Below are positions 57,161 to 64,000 of a stretch of 64,000 bases of DNA, one piece after another; position 1 is the stretch's first letter, and each line of letters begins with the position of its first letter. A model generated the notes under the pieces. The model ran no database searches and was not told the DNA's origin. It saw only the letters and a list, made by a program, of their open reading frames with translations. The translations under genes were made by a program, and so were the position numbers. Source of the stretch: an uncultured virus (IMG/VR IMGVR_UViG_2875459517_000002) (lineage: Duplodnaviria; Heunggongvirae; Uroviricota; Caudoviricetes); the IMG/VR virus record IMGVR_UViG_2875459517_000002; one strand, 5' to 3'.

Positions 57161-60100
57161 ATGGCGGAATCACTCGGCGCTTTGCGCGTCAGTATCGGAT
57201 TGGACAGTGCAGACTTGACGCGAGGCCTTGCGGATATTAACCGTAAACTTGGAGCGCTTAACAGTGAGTTCAAGGCGACAATGGCCGGTGCAGGTAAATT
57301 CGATAACAGTCTCGATACTCTCAATCAGAAAGCAAACGTGCTTAACCGTACGCTTCAGGTACACAAAGCGAAGCTGTCCGACCTTAAGCGCCAGTACGAA
57401 GAAAGTGTTCAAACGAAAGGAAAAGATGCGGCTGCCTCCGTCCGGTTACTGACGCAGTACAACAAAGCATTAGCGGCCATGAGGAAAACCGAGGACCAAC
57501 TCGACCTCGTTAATAAACGGATTAGAGAGCAGAGTACAGGATTCGCACAACTGGGCGCTAAACTAAATGCGAGCGTCAATACGATCACGACGAAAATGCG
57601 TGCGCTTGACGCGGCGTTTAAAGCGACAACGGCCGGTGTTGATAATTTCGGATCGACCTCGGATCAACTGAGGCAGAAAGCCGACCACTTAAATAAATCG
57701 ATTGATCTTCAGCAAAAACGCTTAAAAGATCTTCGCCGGCTATATCTCGAAGCCAAGCGCGCCAAGGGCGAGGACGCTCAGGAGACGCAAGAACTTAGCG
57801 CAAGAATGAACGAAGCTACTGCACAGCTTCGCGAGACACAAGCACAGTTAAGAGCGACCAATACGCAGATTGAACAGCAGGCCAACGCGTGGCACCGTAT
57901 GGGAACGCAAGCTCAAGAGAGCGGCGAAAACCTTCGAACGATTGGCGGAAAATTACAGTCGATTGGCTCCGAAATCGCAACATCATTCGGCGCTGCAACG
58001 TTGGCAATCAGCGGAGCCCTCGGACTCGCGACAAAGAAATCGATGGACTTCGAGCAGCAAATGTCGAACGTTAAATCGGTAATGGACCCGGCAGAGGCGA
58101 ACAAATACAGCGATGCTTTGACGAACCTAGCGGTTAAACTCGGTGCGGATACGAAATACAGCGCGTTAGAGGCTGCACAGGGTATGGAAGAGCTCGTTAA
58201 AGCAGGCGTATCTACCAAAGACATCATGGGCGGAGGCCTTTCCGGCGCACTTTCATTAGCGACAGCTGGTGATCTTGAACTAGCAGACGCCGCAGAAATC
58301 GCCTCTACCGCGCTTAATGCGTTCAAAGACGATAATTTAAGTGTAGCGAAGGCTGCCGACATTCTAGCAGGAGCGGCCAATGCTTCGGCTACTTCTGTCG
58401 GAGAAATGAAGTACGGACTGTCCATGACTTCAGCGGTAGCCGCGGGCATGGGTTTATCTTTCAAAGACACGTCTACCGCACTCGCAGTATTTGCGCAGAA
58501 TGGACTAAAGGGTTCTGATGCTGGTACATCACTAAAAACAATGTTAAGTCGTTTAGTGCCAATGACAGACGGTGCTTATACAACAATGGAGTCTCTCGGC
58601 CTTGTTTCATTAGATACGAAAAAAGCGTTTGAGCAGTTGGCTAAACAGGGATTTAAACCGGCTAGCCAAGATCTCGGAGATATTTACAAAGCGATGGATG
58701 CTTACGTTACCAAGACAACCGGCTTAAAGAAGGGTACGGCCTCATTTGAAAAAGCATTTTCTAAGGCATCGATTGCACTTGGGGTTATGGACAATAAGTT
58801 TTTCGATGCTCAAGGAAACATTAAAAGTATGACCGAGATATCCGGAGAACTCTCTAAGGCCCTGGATGGTATGTCCGCCAAAGATAAACAGGAAGCACTG
58901 TACAAAATCTTCGGCTCCGATGCTATCCGCGGAGCATTAATTCTTGGCAAGTCCGGGGCTAAAGGTTTTACCGAGATGGCTAATGCGATGGATAAGATCA
59001 AAGCGGCAGACGTTGCGGCCGAGCGTATGAACAACTTGAAAGGGCGAATCGAAGAGCTTTCAGGAGCATTCGAGACGGCACAAATAAATGTCGGTAAAGC
59101 GTTAACCCCAGCCGTATCCGCGCTAGTTGCCGTTTTGCAAAAAGTTGTAGACGCGTTTAATAATTTATCGCCAGGTATGCAGAAGTTCGTTACCATCACA
59201 CTAGCGGTGACAGCAGCTATTCTAGGCGTCGTCACCGTCCTGGGCGTTTTGTTAGCAGGAATCGGCGGTGCGCTCGTCGGTTTAGGTTCGTTGCAAATCG
59301 CGTGGGGGCTTTTATCGGTTCAAATAGCGGCTGCAGGCGGTATGATGGGCGTCTTCACATCGATATTAGCGACCTTGACGAGTCCAATTGCGTTAACAAT
59401 AGCAGGCATAACGGCGTTAGTGACCGTTTTTGTTCTCGTATACAAACACTCGGAGCAGTTACAGAAGCTTTTGGGCGTAGTGTTTAACGCAATCAAATCC
59501 GGTGCCTTAGTCGCATACAACGGCGCGAAGGTGGCATTTGACGGAATCATTGCGGCTGTAGATCGAGTCTCAGCGTACTTGCTCGAAAAAGGTCCGGCCA
59601 TGTGGAACGGATTTGCAGCCGGTGCGGTTAACATTGGAACCGCCATTCAGAGCGGGTTCAATAGTGCGATCGCTGCAATAGGTTCGTTCTTTTACTCGCT
59701 CGGACAGAAAGCCTCGGAATTCTTCGGTCAAGGAGTCGCAGCTAAAGTAGCGGACGCGGCGGGGATATTTTTCGCACAATTGAAAACCGCATTCTCAAGC
59801 GTCAGCGGCGTTATCTCCATTGTTGCGCCCGCGATTACGGGGTTTGGTTTGGCGTTAGCAGGCGTATCGGGGCCGATCGGATTCGCGATTACGGCGTTAG
59901 TTAGTTTGTCGGGGTTTTTATTCCGCCTCTATCAGTCTAACGAGCAGTTCCGTAACTCAGTAACGACTGTCTGGTCGCAAGTCTCAAGCGTAATTAGTAG
60001 TGCAATGACGGCTCTGCAACCGGTATTTGACGCATTTAGTCAATACTTCGGTGAAATAGCGGCTGAACTGGCACCCGAGTTCGCGGAAACGATGAATGTC

Positions 60101-62509
60101 ATGGTTACGAGTCTGGCTACGTTAAAGCCGGCTTTTGCGGAGTTAGGCGCAGCTATTGCAGAGCTCGGACCGTCTTTCGCACAATTAGGCGCGACGTTCG
60201 CAAGTTTAGCGGGAGAATTAGGTATAGCATTTTCGAATGCGGTCGTTCAAATTACGCCTTTACTCGGGGAATTAGCGAGTGCTTTTACGCAGATGCTTCC
60301 AGGAATAATTAGCTTGGTTAGCGGGCTATTAAACGTATGGGTACAGGTTCAAGGTACGTTGTTACAGGTAATAACGTCAATTGTAACGACAGTTCTACCG
60401 ATTCTCGTCGAAGGATTTACGTCACTGCTGCCGATTGTTTTGAACGTAGTTCAAGCGGTATTTCCAGTGATACTAAGCCTTATCCAAGCGATTGCGCCGG
60501 TGATTCAGATGATTGCAACTACAGTTTTACCGGTTTTGTTGAGCGCGGTTCAGGCGATTTTTCCAGTCGTTTTAGCAGTGGTAAAAGCGGTGATGCCATT
60601 CGTGGCTACTATCATTCAGTTAGTTGCGTCAGTAATCAAGGATCTGGTAGTTAACGTCCTGCCGTTAATTTTGGAAGTCGTAAAAGCGGTCTTTCCGTTG
60701 ATCGTACCTATCATTCAATATGCGACACAAATTATCATTCAGGTATTAAAGGCGGCAGCCATAATTATCAAAACTGTTTTAATTCCTGCCGTAAAGTTTA
60801 TTCTGAGCATTGTTCAAGCAGTTTTCCCTGTAATAGTTTCCGTCATTAGGGCCGCGCTAAATATAGTGACTAACGTAATCAAGTTGTTCTCGGCTGTGTT
60901 GAGAGGGGATTGGAAGGCCGCATGGAACGCCGTCCTCGGAATCTTAAAAGCTATATTCTCGCCGATTGTAAAATTGGTAACCAACATGGGAAAAGCAATT
61001 TCCGATAAATGGACTTATGTTAAGAATAAGATGGCGCTTTTAACTTACGAGATGAAGAAAAAAGTAATGGAACGTTTTAACAGTATAGTAGATGGCGCGA
61101 AAAAGCTTCCAGGAAGAATTGGAGACGGAATCAAAAGTATGGCCGGTAAAGCTGTCAACGGAGTCAAGTCTCTTGGGAACAAGATGATCGGCGGCTTCGA
61201 GGGCATCGTAAACGGTCTTACGCAAAAAGGTATCAATAAGGTTCTCGGATTGGTTGGCGTCGATAAGAAGCATTTCATCCCGAAATTAGAGATTCCTAGA
61301 TATGCGAAAGGTACGGCAGCAGGCGGACACCCAGGCGGTCCAGCGATCCTCGGAGATGGTGGCGGTCCTGAGCTATTCCGAACACCTTCCGGATTTACCG
61401 GTCTAAGTCCTGGCAGAGATACGCTGTTTAATTTACCGAAAGGAACGCAAGTCCTTCCGCACGATATGACGAAAAAGCTTATTGCGCAAGGTATTCCGGC
61501 ATTCAAGAACGGGACGAAAAAGAAAAACCTATTCGAAAAAGGTGTCGATGCGGTTTCGGGCGCAAAAGACACTGTCGTAAATGTCGCAAAAGGCGCCGTG
61601 AATAAAGTCAAAGACTTCGCGTTTGACGTATGGGATTACGTTTCAGATCCGAAGAAACTAGTTTCGAAGGTTGTCAATAGCCTCGGACTAAAGCTTCCGG
61701 AAATTTCTGGCGCATTCGGCAGTTTGGCGAAAGGGTCTTACGAAAAGATTAAATCGTCAATGGTCGGTTTCGTTAAGAAGCAGATCGATGATTTTGGCGG
61801 CGGCTTCGGAAGCGGAGAAAAAGCGACGGGTAACGTTAAACAGTGGATTCGTAAAGCGATGGCAGTCACAAAAGTTCCGAGTAGTTGGTTTAACCCATTA
61901 ACAACAATCGCAATGAAAGAATCCGGAGGACGGACCGGTCCTTCAACGATCAATAAATGGGATAGCAACTGGAAGCGCGGAACACCGTCGATGGGTCTGA
62001 TGCAGACGATTAGACCGACGTTTGACGCGTATAAAATGAAGGGAATGGGCGATATCATGAATCCGGTTCACAACGCGGTTGCGGCCATTCGCTACATCAT
62101 TTCCCGATACAAAACGGTTTTCAATGTGCCCGGAATTAAATCAATGCGTGCCGGCGGCCCTTACAAGGGTTACAAAATCGGCGACATTGTAACGCAAAAG
62201 CAACTCGCCTGGGTTGCAGAAGAGGGTCCGGAAGCAGTCATCCCGTTAAAGAATAACCGTCAGCGGGCGCTTCAGCTTTATAAAGAAACCGGTAAGAAAT
62301 TAGGCGTAGAGAGCGGAACAGATCAGACGGTTGTAGCGAATCTACTTGAGCGGTTGGTTAGCGTGGAGCAACGATCTTTAGCGGCGCTTAATATAATCGC
62401 GCAAAAAGATCCGAGCGTACGGGTAGATAAGGATGCTTTAACTAACTACGTCGACAGCTCTCAGGCGCAACAAGCTACGATGAAAAGATTATTTAGGGGT
62501 GATCGGTAG
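57161..62509 (+). CDS. Tape measure protein with C-terminal lytic transglycosylase domain
   Basis: 1782 aa; TP901-like core (GLKGSDAGTSLKT); amphipathic repeats; KESGG...GLMQ...AIRYI. Confidence 0.95.
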   Translation: MAESLGALRVSIGLDSADLTRGLADINRKLGALNSEFKATMAGAGKFDNSLDTLNQKANVLNRTLQVHKAKLSDLKRQYEESVQTKGKDAAASVRLLTQYNKALAAMRKTEDQLDLVNKRIREQSTGFAQLGAKLNASVNTITTKMRALDAAFKATTAGVDNFGSTSDQLRQKADHLNKSIDLQQKRLKDLRRLYLEAKRAKGEDAQETQELSARMNEATAQLRETQAQLRATNTQIEQQANAWHRMGTQAQESGENLRTIGGKLQSIGSEIATSFGAATLAISGALGLATKKSMDFEQQMSNVKSVMDPAEANKYSDALTNLAVKLGADTKYSALEAAQGMEELVKAGVSTKDIMGGGLSGALSLATAGDLELADAAEIASTALNAFKDDNLSVAKAADILAGAANASATSVGEMKYGLSMTSAVAAGMGLSFKDTSTALAVFAQNGLKGSDAGTSLKTMLSRLVPMTDGAYTTMESLGLVSLDTKKAFEQLAKQGFKPASQDLGDIYKAMDAYVTKTTGLKKGTASFEKAFSKASIALGVMDNKFFDAQGNIKSMTEISGELSKALDGMSAKDKQEALYKIFGSDAIRGALILGKSGAKGFTEMANAMDKIKAADVAAERMNNLKGRIEELSGAFETAQINVGKALTPAVSALVAVLQKVVDAFNNLSPGMQKFVTITLAVTAAILGVVTVLGVLLAGIGGALVGLGSLQIAWGLLSVQIAAAGGMMGVFTSILATLTSPIALTIAGITALVTVFVLVYKHSEQLQKLLGVVFNAIKSGALVAYNGAKVAFDGIIAAVDRVSAYLLEKGPAMWNGFAAGAVNIGTAIQSGFNSAIAAIGSFFYSLGQKASEFFGQGVAAKVADAAGIFFAQLKTAFSSVSGVISIVAPAITGFGLALAGVSGPIGFAITALVSLSGFLFRLYQSNEQFRNSVTTVWSQVSSVISSAMTALQPVFDAFSQYFGEIAAELAPEFAETMNVMVTSLATLKPAFAELGAAIAELGPSFAQLGATFASLAGELGIAFSNAVVQITPLLGELASAFTQMLPGIISLVSGLLNVWVQVQGTLLQVITSIVTTVLPILVEGFTSLLPIVLNVVQAVFPVILSLIQAIAPVIQMIATTVLPVLLSAVQAIFPVVLAVVKAVMPFVATIIQLVASVIKDLVVNVLPLILEVVKAVFPLIVPIIQYATQIIIQVLKAAAIIIKTVLIPAVKFILSIVQAVFPVIVSVIRAALNIVTNVIKLFSAVLRGDWKAAWNAVLGILKAIFSPIVKLVTNMGKAISDKWTYVKNKMALLTYEMKKKVMERFNSIVDGAKKLPGRIGDGIKSMAGKAVNGVKSLGNKMIGGFEGIVNGLTQKGINKVLGLVGVDKKHFIPKLEIPRYAKGTAAGGHPGGPAILGDGGGPELFRTPSGFTGLSPGRDTLFNLPKGTQVLPHDMTKKLIAQGIPAFKNGTKKKNLFEKGVDAVSGAKDTVVNVAKGAVNKVKDFAFDVWDYVSDPKKLVSKVVNSLGLKLPEISGAFGSLAKGSYEKIKSSMVGFVKKQIDDFGGGFGSGEKATGNVKQWIRKAMAVTKVPSSWFNPLTTIAMKESGGRTGPSTINKWDSNWKRGTPSMGLMQTIRPTFDAYKMKGMGDIMNPVHNAVAAIRYIISRYKTVFNVPGIKSMRAGGPYKGYKIGDIVTQKQLAWVAEEGPEAVIPLKNNRQRALQLYKETGKKLGVESGTDQTVVANLLERLVSVEQRSLAALNIIAQKDPSVRVDKDALTNYVDSSQAQQATMKRLFRGDR

Positions 62510-63327
62510 TGCATCTGATAATTATAAAAAACGGTGAGACGATCGATCACCGTAATTTCGGTTTGCGGCTCCTTAGTTTTCGTAAGGACTCGTTAACCCA
62601 CCGTACAGATCTTCAGGAAATAGACGGCCGTAACGGATCAATCGATGTAGGTACGACCTTCGATATCCGGAAGTTAACGGCCGTCTTTCTTTTTAAAGGC
62701 GTGGATCATCTCGATTATCATTTGTTACTAGATGAGATATACGATCTATTCGCGACACAAAACGAAATGGAAATTATAGATTCGCGCCAACCCGGAAAGG
62801 TTTGGTCCGTAAAAGTAAGCAGCACGTACGAACCGGAAGACATTACGCCAAGGAGCGGAAAACTTACGGTTGAGTTTACGGCTGCTTTTCCTTTTGCGGC
62901 TTCTTTAGGTTCGACGCTCGACCCATTAACGTTTAACTCCGATAAGTGGCAAGTCGCACAAGGTATGTTACCTTCGGACGATTTATCGTATCGACACAAA
63001 ACGAACAGATTCCGTATTTATAACGCAGGTAACGTCACAATTGATCCAGCCGAAGACGTACCGTTAGACATCGTTTATAAAGGCGCCTCATCTAATTTTA
63101 AGCTCGCGAATAAAACGACTACCCAAACGGTGGCTTATTCGGGGAGCTCCGGATCAACCGATGTGCTGAAGCTCGAAGGCCTCCGGCATTTGAAGAACGG
63201 AACAAGCATATACGCGAATACGAACCGAGGCTACATTTCGCTTGCTCCCGGATGGAACGAGATCGAACTTTCCGGAACGGTGGGAAGCTTCGAAATATCT
63301 TTCGATTTTCATTATTTGTATAAGTAG
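62509..63327 (+). CDS. Distal tail protein (Dit)
   Basis: IDGRNG, IYNAGNV.IDP, LAPGWNEI; follows the tape measure. Confidence 0.85.
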   Translation: MHLIIIKNGETIDHRNFGLRLLSFRKDSLTHRTDLQEIDGRNGSIDVGTTFDIRKLTAVFLFKGVDHLDYHLLLDEIYDLFATQNEMEIIDSRQPGKVWSVKVSSTYEPEDITPRSGKLTVEFTAAFPFAASLGSTLDPLTFNSDKWQVAQGMLPSDDLSYRHKTNRFRIYNAGNVTIDPAEDVPLDIVYKGASSNFKLANKTTTQTVAYSGSSGSTDVLKLEGLRHLKNGTSIYANTNRGYISLAPGWNEIELSGTVGSFEISFDFHYLYK

Positions 63328-63338
63328 GTGCAGCGACG

Positions 63339-64000
63339 ATGGCTATTTTAGCAGTAAAAGATATATCGGGAATCGCGGAACCTTTGCCGGGCTTCTTTGC
63401 TACGCGTAGTAACGGAATCGAAGGAGAAAAAACGCTAAATGTAACGGGGTATAAGACGGATCTAAATCAACACGGTTATAAACTCGTTAAAAACGAAAAT
63501 ATCCTTATTTATAAAGACGAAGAATACATTATCAAAACGCACAAGGAAAAAACGTCCAAAAACGGCGTGGGCGTTGAAGTAACGGCACTTCACCGGATAT
63601 TTGACGACTTGATAAATTATCGGATTTACGAAGAGAAATCGGGAACGCTGCGAATAAATGCGATGCTCGATTTTGCGTTAAAAGGGACCGGATACACGTA
63701 CGAAGTAGACTATACGGATCTTCCAACATCAGTAGAGGTTCAAAACTTCGGATGGGATAATTCGTTAGCTTTACTGCGAAGCATTCTCGAAAAGTTTGGC
63801 GCAGAGTTTGATTACGCTGGTAAGCGTATTTACATTGCGAAAAAGATCGGCAGCAAGAAAGACGAACCTTTTCTGCGATACAAGTACAACGTCAGTGAGC
63901 CGGAAAAAGAAATCGATACTAGTAGCTTTGCGACATATATTCGCGGCTACGGTAAGCAAAAAGATGACGGTACCTATGTTGTGCAGGCGGAGTATACAAG
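63339..64000 (+). CDS. Tail-associated (Tal/endopeptidase-family) protein, 3' truncated by the window
   Basis: Open from ATG 63339 to the window end; NFG..N.L.L, FGAEF, TYIRGYGK. Confidence 0.8.
   Translation, partial: MAILAVKDISGIAEPLPGFFATRSNGIEGEKTLNVTGYKTDLNQHGYKLVKNENILIYKDEEYIIKTHKEKTSKNGVGVEVTALHRIFDDLINYRIYEEKSGTLRINAMLDFALKGTGYTYEVDYTDLPTSVEVQNFGWDNSLALLRSILEKFGAEFDYAGKRIYIAKKIGSKKDEPFLRYKYNVSEPEKEIDTSSFATYIRGYGKQKDDGTYVVQAEYT

Larger units (their letters stand above)
1..64000 (+). mobile_element. Temperate Bacillus-type siphophage/prophage (partial, right end truncated in tail module)
   Basis: Integrase, replication, arbitrium, terminase-portal-protease-capsid and tail genes are contiguous; no host housekeeping block is evident. 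Confidence 0.97.

Noticed and set aside
56959..57240. Track ORF of 93 aa before the tape measure
   Set aside because: Wrong frame; the chaperone-like sequence is in the -1 frame 56916-57146
57170..62058. Numerous antisense and alternative-frame ORFs within the tape measure and other long genes
   Set aside because: Shadow ORFs without RBS or recognisable motifs

Overview
The whole 64 kb window is part of one large temperate Bacillus-type siphophage or prophage. The host assignment is inferred from gene content, SigA promoters and arbitrium genes. It starts at a tyrosine integrase and is cut off inside the tail genes. Gene order: integrase; early and replication genes (DnaC-like loader, DnaB helicase, primase); a lysis-lysogeny region (two HTH repressors, aimR, aimP with predicted signal INAIGG, a phage sigma factor); DNA and nucleotide metabolism (SSB, PolA, RNA ligase, exonuclease, RuvC, nrdI, nrdE split by a group I intron, nrdF, dUTPase, thyX, kinase, adenine methyltransferase); an accessory island at about 35.8-45 kb; and an HK97-like head plus non-contractile tail module with two programmed frameshifts. 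The strongest finding is a 24-codon gene missing from the ORF track (35847-35921, MGEIKPGANPLESAIRGASPSRGA). It has its own promoter, RBS and terminator, has no signal peptide, and strings together arbitrium-type signals of other phages (SAIRGA, SPSRGA, EIKPGA), so it is a candidate intracellular jammer of competitors' lysis-lysogeny signalling. Other notable structures are three origin-like iteron modules that share a conserved core, a tRNA remnant without an anticodon arm inside a structured RNA cluster, a probable type I toxin with antisense RNA, an XRE operator regulon over matrix-degrading enzymes, a DUF3990-like gene pair, and a pseudoknotted ssb leader. All family assignments come from recognising motifs by eye; no database searches were run.
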